DNA of 63,579 nt, the filler included, from Thraustochytrium aureum (Eukaryota), in NCBI GenBank assembly GCA_012862495.1. It is 6 parts of 5 records of this genome, joined end to end, with 100 filler letters (N's around TTAATTAATTAA, not from the genome) between each part and the next. Parts side by side here need not be neighbours in the genome. Positions count along the whole stretch, not along the records: positions 1 to 28,254 come from BLSG01000162.1; positions 28,355 to 45,386 come from BLSG01000164.1; 4 more parts are not named here. One strand, written 5' to 3'. The translations under genes were made by a program, and so were the position numbers. This document shows, one piece after another, positions 24,967 through 36,629 of the stretch (position 1 is the first letter of the stretch; every line of letters starts with the position of its first letter). The notes under the pieces are model-generated. The model ran no database searches and was not told the DNA's origin. It saw only the letters and a program-made list of their open reading frames with translations.

Positions 24967-27879
24967 ATGAACCCGGCGATGCTGACCGCCGGCGCGCACG
25001 GGACGCCGAGCGCAGAGGCGATCCCGGACGTTCCAGTGGATCATCTAGACTACGGGTACATTGACAAGTGCAGCAGCCTAGCGGAAATCCAGGACATTCT
25101 CAAGGTGCTAAAGTCTGGGAAGGAAGGCCGCTGGTACGACCTCGAGCGGCACTGCGAGGAAAAGCTCCTCGAGCTTTTGCCGCCAAAGCAGAAACGGCTA
25201 TTCCTGGCCCAGCGAACGGAGCCGAGCCCCGACGAAATGGCCAAGGCCTCCAGCGAAGTGGCCGCCTTCGTGCGAGAGATGAAGAACAGGGACGGCAACC
25301 TCCGCTCGCTCCACTCCCAGCGCGCCGCGAGCTCTCCAGAAACGGACCCGGGCGCAAACCCAGCCATGGACGACGACAATTGCATCTTTGAGGACCAAGC
25401 TAGCGGCCCTGCACCGAGCTCGCAACCGACGCAGGCCGCCCTAAAGGTGGGACTTGGACGCGACCTCCCACCCGTGCGAGGCTCGGCCGACACGGGGGCC
25501 GCTGGCCCGACCGCGTCAACGTCCAAGATCTCCAAGCGCACACCGGAAGAAGTGCAGCGAGACGAGGCGCGGCGACAGAAGAAAATCGCAGAGCGCATCT
25601 CGGGCTACGACTTTAGGGCTTGGGACAAGTTTGACGTCGACAAAGAGCTCGATCGACTCGATGAGGAGGAAGAGCGCGCGCGCCTTGAGCGCGCGCGCGA
25701 GATCGCCGAGAAGCAGGCGGCAATCGATGCGCGCCGCAAGGCAGCCGAGGACGCGCGCGCGCGGGATGGGATTCCGGCGCAGCTGGACAGCCTCTCGCCA
25801 GAGCAGCGCGAGTTTTTCTCAACCCGTGAGAAGGAAAAGGGGAACGAGAGCTTCAAGGCAGGGGAGTTTGAGGACGCGCTCCGGTTTTACTCGCGGAGCG
25901 TCGCGTTCCTTCCGGAGGGCTCACGAGACGCCCGGCCCTTTGCGAACCGGGCGATGGCCTACCTCAAGCTTGAGCGCTGGGAGGCCGCCGAGAACGACTG
26001 CGACCGCGCCCTGGAGCTCGATCCAGACTTTACGAAGGCGCTTGCGCGCCGTGGCATGGCACGCCACCGCCGCGGCAAGTACCTAGACGCCATCGCAGAC
26101 TTTGAAGAGGTCCTTCACCGGGAGCCGAGCAACACAAAGTTGAACGGCTTGCTGGCCGAGTCTCGCAAAAAGTACAACGAGGTGGGCGGGATCGGGGCCG
26201 ACAGACCTGGGGCGCCGCCGCGCGCTACACGTGAAGCGGGCAAAGAGACGTTCAAGAAGCTCATGATCATCGAGGACTCGGATAGTGACGAGGACGAGGA
26301 CGACGAGGAGGAGGCGCGAGAGGGCGCTCCGCAGCTCAAAACGAAGAGCAAATGCGGGATGCCGCCTGCTCAGACCCGGTGGCACCAACCCCGGGCGCGG
26401 AGGAGTACAGCGACGAGCTCGCGGAGCGCACCGAGAACGCAGAGCCCGTGATGAAGCATGTGGTGGAAGTATCGGGGCGAAGGACGGGGACAACGCTGAG
26501 GGTGAAGTGGAAAACGCTGCTGTGTCTTGGATCGAGCTCAAGCGCTCCGGGGCCGAGCGCTTTAAGCAGGGCGACTACGCAACCGCTCTTTCCTGGTTCA
26601 GTCAAGCCGTGCAAGCGCTCGAAGGCGCCGCCGATTCGGACGAGACACGCGAGCACCTCGTCAACTGTCTTGGCAACACCGCGGTTTGCCTCAAGGAACT
26701 CGGCCGCTGGGAAGACGTTGTCGCTGCCTGCGATCGCGTCATTCACATCTCCCCGGACAACGTCAAAGCACTGTTCCGCCGCGGCCTTGCACGCGAAAGC
26801 CTCGGGTTGATTGAACCTGCTCTGAACGATATGTGCCAGGTGCTGCGCCTCGATCCGAACCGCGTTGAGGCCGGGGAGCGGATTTCCAGCCTCATGGGGA
26901 TGCTCGACGGGTCTGTGAAGACGCCGGCGGTTGCGGCTGCGGCTCCGCCGCCTGCCCACTGCAGGAGGCAGCCACGCCCGCGGCCGCAGAGCCACAGGCC
27001 TCGGAGGGCAGCGAAGCTGCTCCTTCGAGCAAGGAAGCCCTGTCGGAGGCCGCCAAGAACGCCGGCAACGACCTCTTCAAGATTGGCAAGCTGGATGCCG
27101 CCCTCGCCAAGTACGAGGAGGCGCTTGCGCTGGACGCAGGCAACGTTTCGGCCATGTCGAACAAGGCTATGGCTTTGCTCAAGCAAGAGCGGTGGGATGA
27201 GTGCGAGCTCACCTGCTCGGTCGCGCTGCGCGCAACCAGCGACGGCGCGGGCGACGGGGCACTCCGCGTCAAACTATTTTACAGACGGGCATGCGCGCGC
27301 AAGCAGCGTGGCGACCTCGAAGGGGCCCAGGCCGACCTCGCGCGAGTTGTGACGCTCGAGCCGGCCAACAAGCGCGCTCAGGCTGAGCTTGGCGAAGTCA
27401 AGGCCCTATTGGAGAGCAAGGCGCGGAAAGCGGTGGAGGCGGCTCGGCTGTGCGAGAGGCAGGCGGCGATCGACCAGCAGCAGGAGCTCGCCAACAAAGC
27501 CAAGGCGAAAGCAAAGGCTAAGGCTGCGGCGAAGACGGACCTCCCGGCGCCGCGATCGAGCTACGATTTCCAGCGCACCTGGCGGCCGCTCAGCTCGGAC
27601 AAGCGCGCGGCGTACCTTGTCTCGATTCCACCTGCCAAGCTGGCCAAGCTCTTCAAGGTCGAGCTTGCCGAAGACACGTTGATGGAGATCGTCGCAGTTC
27701 TGGACGAGCACGTGGCCAGCACGCAGCCCGCGGTGGCGGGGGAGATTCTCAAGAGCCTGGCCAGCGTCAGCCGCTTTAGCACGACGTTGCGATTCCTGAG
27801 CGTCGACCAGCGCGCTCAGGTTTCTCGACTCGTCGGGACCATCAACGACGCCGACCTGCAGAGCCTGTACACCGCCTAG
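24967..27879 (+). CDS. SPAG1: SPAG1/RPAP3-family TPR co-chaperone (dynein-arm assembly, R2SP-like)
   Basis: SPAG1-type N-terminus VPVDHLDYGYIDKCSSLAEIQDILKVLKSGKEG; RISGYDFRAWDKFDVDKEL; three TPR clusters (EKEKGNESFKAG, LKRSGAERFKQG, AKNAGNDLFKIG); RPAP3_C-like end (PRSSYDFQRTWR...RFSTTLRFLS). Several indels between 26350 and 26960. Confidence 0.85.
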
Positions 27880-28044
27880 CCTGATCCACCCACCGCCCAC
27901 CCATCCATTAATTAAAAAAGACGAGAAAGCGCGCGCAGCCCAGCCCAAAGCTCGCATGCATCGACCTCCATCCGCCGAGCGTCCATCGCGCCCGAGTGTC
28001 AATCCGCGAAACTCGCGCTGTAGGTAAACGCAGACGTCCAGCAC

Positions 28045-28254
28045 ACCGCACTAGCAGCACGAGAGCACCAGCAGCGCCAGCAACCGCGGCAGCAGCACCA
28101 CCACCACCACCAAGTCGAATCCTCCTCGGCAGCAGCACCACCACGCGCAGCAGCACCACCACCACGCCCAGGCGCAGGACCATCACCATCACCACACCAC
28201 CACCACCACGACCACCACGACCAGGCGCAGGACCATCCCAGCAGGACCATCACC
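28045..28254. repeat. CAC/CAG low-complexity microsatellite at contig end
   Basis: Runs of cac, cag and cca triplets up to the N gap. Confidence 0.7.
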
Positions 28255-28298
28255 NNNNNNNNNNNNNNNNNNNNNNNNNNNNNNNNNNNNNNNNNNNN

Positions 28299-28310
28299 TT
28301 AATTAATTAA
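28299..28310. other. Artificial contig linker TTAATTAATTAA flanked by Ns (also at 45431-45442, 55411-55422, 60724-60735, 62238-62249)
   Basis: The same 12-mer (stop codons in all six frames) sits inside a 100-base N block five times. Confidence 0.97.
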
Positions 28311-28451
28311 NNNNNNNNNNNNNNNNNNNNNNNNNNNNNNNNNNNNNNNNNNNNAGACGGCTCAGGCGCGAGGAGGTCGCAAGAGGTCGCGTGTGCTTTT
28401 TGTTTTCAGGCGGCCGAAGGGGCGGAGGGCGGCGCGAGACGGCCTCCCGCG

Positions 28452-29031
28452 ATGTCCGCGCCACGCACGGGGTCCAACCGGAGCGTGGACGAGTTCCTGA
28501 CTGCCATGCTGGAGCAGACCTGCTTCCTCAAGTGCAACCCGAGCTCGCTGTACCAGGTAAGTGACGCGCGCCGCGCTGGGGCGCGGCGGCGCTAGCGAAA
28601 GCTCAGGACCGCACTGACAAGGGCCGCCGCCGGTTGGGCCACTCGCCGTTGCTCAACGCGAGCAGACGCTTGTGTTCGGTTCAGAAAACAGCTCGCAGCA
28701 CACCGCAGAACTGAAACACGCCAAAGAGGACTGCGTCACGGGCTGCCAGCTCGCAGGCGGCAAGCCGATGAAAGCTGCCGTCGCCGCCTCTCTAATCATG
28801 CCGATGGAGGACGACTTGCACCACCGCCAGGTGCTCTCGAAAGGGGAAAAGCAGCGCATCATCATGCAGCAGGTCGACTTTTGCGACCGCATCAAGGCCG
28901 CATGTCTCGACGAGTGCGTGGCCGACTGCACGGCGGAGCACGGCAAGGACTCGACTCGCTCGACGCGCTGCTCGCTCGACTGCGCCAGAGGTTGCAAGCT
29001 CTTTGTCAGCGGCCTGAGCTACTCGAGCTAG
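28452..29031 (+). CDS. Two-exon small Cys-rich protein with multiple CX3C motifs; intron 28557-28665
   Basis: ATG 28452 opens a 35-codon exon ending CAG|GTAAGT; CTGAC branch-like site near 28614; acceptor GCAG at 28665 is in frame with ORF 28672-29031. Motifs CFLKC, CVTGC, CLDECVADC, CSLDCARGC. Confidence 0.75.
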
Positions 29032-29237
29032 CAGGAGAATGGGCGGGACGGCGCCGCCGGCTGCCCGCTGGCCTGCTTCAACGTAGAGTAGATCCTGTTT
29101 GTTCACTACATCGTTCCGCGTTGTCGCTTTCGCGACGGCCCACTGCAGGGCCGCCCCCAGCGCCTACAAATGTCTCCCTCATCGCGCACCAAAGACGATA
29201 CAAGGCGCCGCATTCTCTGTACAAAAGCACCTACTAC

Positions 29238-31765
29238 TCAGCCGGCCAGACTCTGCTCCAAATCGGCCCCCGCCTCTCGCACCAGCGCGACAAGCGGGTT
29301 GCCGTCTTGGCGCACAAACGCGCACGCCCGGCCAGGCGGCGCCTGGCAGTCGAGCCTGCCTGCGGCTTGCTCTGCCCCGGACCAAAAGTCGGCCCAGTGC
29401 GCCCCGGCTCCAAGCGCTGGAAGGTAGCACGAAACGCGGCTTGCCCCAGGCTCGAGCACCGGGCAGACCAGGAGAGACGGGCCAAGCATGAACTGTCTGT
29501 CAAGCTGCCGGACCTGCTCGTCCCACGGAAACTCGAACCACATATGCCGCACAAGCGGCGNNNNNNNNNNNNNNNNNNNNNNNNNNNNNNNNNNNNNNNN
29601 NNNNNNNNNNNNNNNNNNNNNNNNNNNNNNNNNNNNNNNNNNNNNNNNNNNNNNNNNNNNNNNNNNNNNNNNNNNNNNNNNNNNNNNNNNNNNNNNNNNN
29701 NNNNNNNNNNNNNNNNNNNNNNNNNNNNNNNNNNNNNNNNNNNNNNNNNNNNNNNNNNNNNNNNNNNNNNNNNNNNNNNNNNNNNNNNNNNNNNNNNNNN
29801 NNNNNNNNNNNNNNNNNNNNNNNNNNNNNNNNNNNNNNNNNNNNNNNNNNNNNNNNNNNNNNNNNNNNNNNNNNNNNNNNNNNNNNNNNNNNNNNNNNNN
29901 NNNNNNNNNNNNNNNNNNNNNNNNNNNNNNNNNNNNNNNNNNNNNNNNNNNNNNNNNNNNNNNNNNNNNNNNNNNNNNNNNNNNNNNNNNNNNNNNNNNN
30001 NNNNNNNNNNNNNNNNNNNNNNNNNNNNNNNNNNNNNNNNNNNNNNNNNNNNNNNNNNNNNNNNNNNNNNNNNNNNNNNNNNNNNNNNNNNNNNNNNNNN
30101 NNNNNNNNNNNNNNNNNNNNNNNNNNNNNNNNNNNNNNNNNNNNNNNNNNNNNNNNNNNNNNNNNNNNNNNNNNNNNNNNNNNNNNNNNNNNNNNNNNNN
30201 NNNNNNNNNNNNNNNNNNNNNNNNNNNNNNNNNNNNNNNNNNNNNNNNNNNNNNNNNNNNNNNNNNNNNNNNNNNNNNNNNNNNNNNNNNNNNNNNNNNC
30301 CGCTCCACAGCGTCAAGGACGCGCTGCGGGCCACCAGCAACGTCAGCAATGATGCCGTTGCCGACCCAGTCGGGAAGCGCTGCAACGCGGCCGAGCTTCT
30401 CGGTTGCCGCTTCAAGAAGCGCAGCAGGCCAGGGCTCTGTATTGCCCGCTGGCGGGACCGACTGGTCGGCGCTGCGCGACGCGGCTGTGAAGCGGGCGGC
30501 CGACTGAAACCCAAGCCCCGCCGCCCCTGGTGCTCCAAGCCGGTCTGCTAGCTCAATGGAGACCGAGTCGCCTTGCGTGAGGTCAAAAACGACGACCCCT
30601 GCGTGCTCGATTAGGGCCGAGCGACCGTGAGTGGTGACGTAGAACGGCACCGCCGAGTGGGCATTCTGCCACGACCCGCCCGTTTCGCGGTTGAAACGGT
30701 TCATCAAAAAGGTGAACGGCTGAAGGCCACGCCCGTGCCCCTTGTTGCGGGCGACAATTGGCACGCAGCCGCGGTCGATGCCCACGTACGAGAGCTGCGT
30801 CCCCATGCCAAAAGCGCGCTCGCCGCTCTCTCGCGCATGGACGAGGTAGACGCGCATTCCCCGTTTCGGTGGGACGCCGACGCCCGATCCAGCCACCGAG
30901 ATGCCCATACTTAGCGTCGCCGTGCGGTCGCCCTGTCCCAGCGAACCTCGAAAGGTCGCGTTGTAGCGAAACGCGCTTCGCGCCGAGCCATCCGCCATCC
31001 AGAGCGAGCCAGTTAGACGCACCCCGCCGCCTTCCAGCGGCTCGACGGCCTCCACGGTCTGCCGCGTGGTGCGAACGTCGACGAGGTCCTCCAGGGCCAG
31101 CACATCGCCCTGCATCCACGTTTCGAACACCCCAGTGCCAGCCACTAAGAAGGCGCGGCCGGTCTGCGTCTGCCAGACCACCGGGCTGGACGCGTCCTCG
31201 GACTGCACAAGAAGGGCGCCGGCAGGTTGGCCTGCGACGGACTGCTCGAGGATGCGAAGCGCGAGCCCGCCGCCGAGCGCGTAAGACGAAGAGATGCCGG
31301 AGTGAAGGAGCTCCAGCCGCGTTTCGCGCACGCCATCAAGCCAGCCAAGGCAGCTCGTGTTGGGCTCGAACGAGTAGAACGAGAGGATAAGCGAAAACCC
31401 GCACACCGCGAGCGCGAGGACGTACGCGCTGCAGCCAAAGATGAACGGTGCGTGCCCAGCGCGACAAAAGGCCGCAAGACGCCCGTGTCAGCCTGGGCGC
31501 GCCCACCTCGCCCCCCCCGCCGTGGCACCGCTGGCGGGTCGCGGGGGCTTTGCTGCTCGGCCTCCTCGGCGTCCGCGCGGAGGACAGGCCGTTGCGCTCC
31601 TCGCTCGTTCACGGTCTCCGGATCTGAGGCCCTGCCCGTTTCGGCGTCCGTGCGGCCAGGCCGCTCGTTTGTGTTCTCGGGGTCAGGGGACCCGGCCGTC
31701 TCGGCATCGAAGCCAGGGCCTAGTAGGGGATCGAGCCCGGCGCTAGGTCGCCGCCGTCGGCGCAT
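29238..31765 (-). CDS. GH31 alpha-glycosidase, YihQ/sulfoquinovosidase-like, with N-terminal TM anchor (core in gap)
   Basis: GERAFGMGTQLSY..CVPIVARNKGHGRG..GGSWQNAHSAVPFYVT..VFDL and LLEAATEKLGRVAALPDWVGNGIIADVAGG parallel the YihQ family; C-terminal PLVRHMWFEFPWD..QFMLGPSLLVCPVLEPG..YLP. TM APFIFGCSAYVLALAVCGFSLILSFY. The start is uncertain and the gene may extend upstream. Confidence 0.85.
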
Positions 31766-31859
31766 GAGGGCCACGAGGCGCGTTGCGCTCCCTGCGCTAA
31801 AGGCGGCGAGCGTTCGAAGCGCATTCTGTGCTGCCTCCGCCACCTGCGCCTCCTCGAAC

Positions 31860-32341
31860 GCGAAAGAGAAGCATAGCCGACTGCGCAGAACAGGACGCTG
31901 ACGACCAGCATAACTTGCGTTGTAGCCCAATTGGCACCATGCCAGTCGGCGCCAGCGTAAAAGTCGGGCGAGCGCGCGTTGGACCGCGTCACCAGAACGA
32001 CCAAAAGACAGCCCAGCGCGAGTTGCAGGGCGCGCGCAGCAGTGCCAGCGCGCACAAACCTCCAGTATAGTATTGTACCAGGCACGCTAGAGAAGACGTA
32101 CAGCAAGGCGATCGCTGAGACGGCGACTCGGGCCGCCGACCCTGGCTCGCTCGGGTCCCAAACGTTCGGCAACGCCGGCTGAGTCCACCCAAAGTCCAGC
32201 AGCAAGCACGCGAGCGCGAGCGACCCTGCCAGCAGTTGCAGCACGCCGCCCTCAGCGGCCATCTGCCACGTCGACCTCTGTCGCGCGTGCATCGCGCTTT
32301 TCGCGGCGGACGTGCCCAGCGCCGTCCGGTGCGAGTCCGAT
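31860..32341 (-). CDS. Multi-pass membrane protein fragment (about four TMs), possibly the N-terminal part of the GH31 gene
   Basis: ORF 31720-32292 has four hydrophobic segments, is open into the gap at 32342, and overlaps the frame that leads into the GH31 N-terminus. Confidence 0.5.
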
Positions 32342-33444
32342 NNNNNNNNNNNNNNNNNNNNNNNNNNNNNNNNNNNNNNNNNNNNNNNNNNNNNNNNNNN
32401 NNNNNNNNNNNNNNNNNNNNNNNNNNNNNNNNNNNNNNNNNNNNNNNNNNNNNNNNNNNNNNNNNNNNNNNNNNNNNNNNNNNNNNNNNNNNNNNNNNNN
32501 NNNNNNNNNNNNNNNNNNNNNNNNNNNNNNNNNNNNNNNNNNNNNNNNNNNNNNNNNNNNNNNNNNNNNNNNNNNNNNNNNNNNNNNNNNNNNNNNNNNN
32601 NNNNNNNNNNNNNNNNNNNNNNNNNNNNNNNNNNNNNNNNNNNNNNNNNNNNNNNNNNNNNNNNNNNNNNNNNNNNNNNNNNNNNNNNNNNNNNNNNNNN
32701 NNNNNNNNNNNNNNNNNNNNNNNNNNNNNNNNNNNNNNNNNNNNNNNNNNNNNNNNNNNNNNNNNNNNNNNNNNNNNNNNNNNNNNNNNNNNNNNNNNNN
32801 NNNNNNNNNNNNNNNNNNNNNNNNNNNNNNNNNNNNNNNNNNNNNNNNNNNNNNNNNNNNNNNNNNNNNNNNNNNNNNNNNNNNNNNNNNNNNNNNNNNN
32901 NNNNNNNNNNNNNNNNNNNNNNNNNNNNNNNNNNNNNNNNNNNNNNNNNNNNNNNNNNNNNNNNNNNNNNNNNNNNNNNNNNNNNNNNNNNNNNNNNNNN
33001 NNNNNNNNNNNNNNNNNNNNNNNNNNNNNNNNNNNNNNNNNNNNNNNNNNNNNNNNNNNNNAACGTGTCGACGCGCTACATAGGAGGCAAGGTGAGGCGC
33101 GCGATGGACAGGCTGCTCGCGCTGGAGCTCGTCGAGCTGGACCAGCAGACCAAGAGCAGACGCCCGCCATCGGCCATCGGCATCACGACCGACAGCAGCG
33201 GCAGCAGCAGCAGCAGCCCGAGCGTCCGGCGGACGGCTGGCCGGTCTTGCCGAAACCGCACAGGAGCTTGGCTGCGCAGGCACGTGCCAAAACCAACCCC
33301 ACCCCAGCCTGTAGGTACCTGCGACGGCCATTTCCCAGCGCACTCGAGACGGTGCTTCAGACCCTGAATTGAGAGCGGGCTTGGAGACCAGCAGGGAGCG
33401 CGCACGGTCGCAACACGGTCGCAACGCGGCGGCAAGGGGGAAGG

Positions 33445-35653
33445 ATGCAGACGTACGAGGTGCTCGGGAGCGCCAGGCCCGACCTCGGGGTCGGCGGGAT
33501 CAGGCGGTCCGTGGTGATGAAAGGACCCGAGCTCACGATCGATGGGCGCACCAACCTGTTTGAGATTTTCAGCGAGACCGCGCGAAGAAACCCGACGCGG
33601 CCCTGCCTTGGACACAGGCCCAGCCTAGACGGCGAGCTGCAGCCCTTCGTCTTTGAAACGTATGACGAAGTGCTGGACCGCGCCACGGCCTTTGCGAGCG
33701 GGCTCGACGCCATGCGGCTCTGCGCGGCGAACGAGGACGGCGTTCGGTTTCTCGGGTTTATCGGGCCCAACCAGCCGAACTGGGTGGTCGGCGAACTGGG
33801 CGCCTTTGCGAAAAAGATCGTCCCGGTCCCCTTGTACGAGACGCTTGGCGTGGACGCTGTGCGGCACGCGGTAACGCAGACTGGGATGGACACCATAGTG
33901 TGCGCTTCGGCCGAGCTGGAGCGCGTCCTGAGCCAGCCAGAGATGCTTGGCCTCGTCCGTGTGGTGGTCCTCATGGACTCGGACCACTTGGGCGACAAGC
34001 GTGTGGAAGAGTTGGTCCAAGTGGGCAAGAGCTGCGACCTCTGCGTGGTGACGATGGAGGAGGTGGAGGCCGCAGGTGACGCGGACGAGACCCCGCTTGC
34101 CATTGTCGGCGGCAAAGACCTCGCGTTCCTGTGCTACACGTCCGGGACGACCGGGGCGCAGCCAAAGGGCGCGATGATTTCGCACGAGAACATCATCTCG
34201 TCCCTCGCGTCACTTCGCAACTTCGGACTTGACATGACCGCGGAGGATGTGCACCTGTCATACTTGCCGCTGGCGCACGTCTTTGAGCGCGCGATGGTGT
34301 TTTCGATGCTGTACGCTGGCGGTCGGATCGGGTTTCTGATGGCCGACACCAAGCTGATCCTCGACGCGATCCAAGCGTTGCGGCCCACCGTCTTTCCTAC
34401 GGTGCCGCGGTTGCTCAACAAAATGTACGACCGCATCATGGCCGGGGTGGAGCAGGTCTCCCCTGTAAAGCAGCGCGTGTTCCAGCAGGCGCTGCTGGCC
34501 AAACTCGAAGGCCTCAAGGGCGTCACCGCCCGCGACAAGCTGGCCGCCGCCGCTGAGCGCCTGGCGGCAGGCGCAGGGTCGGTGAGCGGGCTCGAGGCCC
34601 GCACCCTGCTGGACCCCGCAAGCTTGTTGGCCGCCGCTGAGGCGCTCAAGGCGCACGTCACCAAGCAGCTCTTGCCCGAGGTGAGCGNNNNNNNNNNNNN
34701 NNNNNNNNNNNNNNNNNNNNNNNNNNNNNNNNNNNNNNNNNNNNNNNNNNNNNNNNNNNNNNNNNNNNNNNNNNNNNNNNNNNNNNNNNNNNNNNNNNNN
34801 NNNNNNNNNNNNNNNNNNNNNNNNNNNNNNNNNNNNNNNNNNNNNNNNNNGGGCTCGGCAAGCATCGCTGGGTCGAGGCTCGATTTTTTTCGCGCCGCGT
34901 TTGGGATCGAGGTGCTGGAGGGGTTTGGGCAGACGGAAAGCTCGGTGCTGATCAGCACCACTCTGCCGGGTGACTATTCCACCGGGACACGTCGGCGTGC
35001 CGGCGCCGTGCAACGAGGTGCGCCTTGCGGATGTGCCAGAGATGGGCTATCTCAGCACGGACACGGAGCACAGCGACGGGTCGGCCTGCCTGGGGCGGGG
35101 CGAGATCACCTTTCGCGGGTCGAACGTATTTGCTGGCTACTACAAGGAGCCGGCCAAGACGGCGGAGGCCATTGATGCGGACGGCTTTGTGCGAACAGGC
35201 GACATTGGGCTCTGGACCGCGGACGGCAAGCTGCGCATCGTGGACCGCAAGAAGAACATTTTCAAGCTCGCGCAGGGCGAGTACATCGCTCCGGAAAAGA
35301 TCGAGCAGGTGGCTCTGCGCTCGACGCTCGTCTCGCAGTGCTTTGTGTACGGCGACCCCCTGCAAAGCTCGCTGGTGGCGGTGGTTGTTCCGGACCTCGA
35401 GACGCTCGAGGCGCGAGCCCTCAAGCCGAGCGGACCCGCCACGACGCAAGAGTTGCTAGAGTCCATCAGCGCAGAGAGCGTCAAGGCAGGGCTCAAGGGG
35501 TTTGAGCGCGTGCGCGCGATTCACGTCGAGGCCGATGAAAGGGCCTTCACGGCGGCCTGCCTGACCGCGACGCTCAAGCTGCGTCGTCATGCGGCTCGCG
35601 ATCACTATCGCGCCGCGTTGGACGCGTTGTACGCGAGCTTGGAGGCTCGATGA
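33445..35653 (+). CDS. Long-chain fatty acyl-CoA synthetase (ACSL/LACS)
   Basis: LCYTSGTTGAQPKGAMISH AMP-binding motif, YLPLAHVFER, PTVFPTVPRLLNK, EGFGQTE, GYYKEPAKTAEAIDADGFVRTGDIG, IVDRKKNIFKLAQGEYIAPEKIE; indel near 34985. Confidence 0.95.
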
Positions 35654-35936
35654 AGCGGGAGAGTGTCAACTGAACATAGCTAGCTAGCTCCAGAGAGCAT
35701 CGCGTTTATATAAAACAAGCGAGCGTGCAAGCATCACCTACATCTATCCATGCGCCGATGCGCCCGCCCGAGTGGCCCGCCCCCCATAGCGCGCTCCGTG
35801 TCCGGGCCCGCTTGTTGCCATACGAAACGAGCACCTCACCCGCACGCAAAACCCAAACCGGTCAGCCCAGGCGGGCCGGCAGGGTCAGCGCGTGTGGGAC
35901 AGACGCTCGCGCCCCTCAAGCTTTCCGGTGGTAGAG

Positions 35937-36629
35937 ATGGCTGTTGTGCGCACTGCGCTTGGCCCGCGCCTCTACCAGCCGCCCGCGGCCCTGCGCGTGC
36001 TCCACGAGGACCTTCGCATTCTGGTGGTGGACAAGCCAGCGGGTCTGTTATCTGCGCCCGGGCGGGCGCCTGAGCTGGCCGACTGCGTGCTCGCGCGCGC
36101 GCGCGCAAGATACGGCGACGGATGCGCGCTGGTACACCGGCTGGACATGGACACCAGCGGGGTGATGGTGATCGCGCGCCACAAACAAGTGGAGCGGGAC
36201 CTTCACGCGCAGTTTCGAGAACGAGAGATTCACAAACAGTACCATGCCCTCGTGCATGGTAGAGTCGCGGGCGACGCGTTCCGCGTCGATCTGCCCGTAG
36301 CGAAAGACTGGCCAAACCGACCGATGTCCAAGGTTTGCTTCGAGACAGGCAAGGCTTGCTCGACCGACGTGGTCGTCCTGGCCCGCTTCGAGGGCCGCAC
36401 TCTGCTCAAGCTCACCCCTGTGACGGGCCGGACGCACCAGCTTCGCGTCCATATGGCGGCGATAGGGCACCCCATCGTCGGCGACCCGTTGTATGGGCGC
36501 GGGGAGGAGCCAGTCGTAGGTGCTAGCAGCGGCGAGGAGTGCATGAGGCTGCACGCGACGCGCCTGGAGCTGCGCGACCCTTGCGGCTCTGGCAGCCGAA
36601 TCCTGTTTTGCGCGCCAAGACACTGGTAG
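35937..36629 (+). CDS. rluA: RluA-family pseudouridine synthase
   Basis: VVDKPAGLLS, VHRLDMDTSG (catalytic Asp), KQYHALVHG, DLPVAKDWPNRPMSKVCFETGK, PVTGRTHQLRVHM..IGHPIVGDPLY, LHA. Confidence 0.93.
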   Translation: MAVVRTALGPRLYQPPAALRVLHEDLRILVVDKPAGLLSAPGRAPELADCVLARARARYGDGCALVHRLDMDTSGVMVIARHKQVERDLHAQFREREIHKQYHALVHGRVAGDAFRVDLPVAKDWPNRPMSKVCFETGKACSTDVVVLARFEGRTLLKLTPVTGRTHQLRVHMAAIGHPIVGDPLYGRGEEPVVGASSGEECMRLHATRLELRDPCGSGSRILFCAPRHW

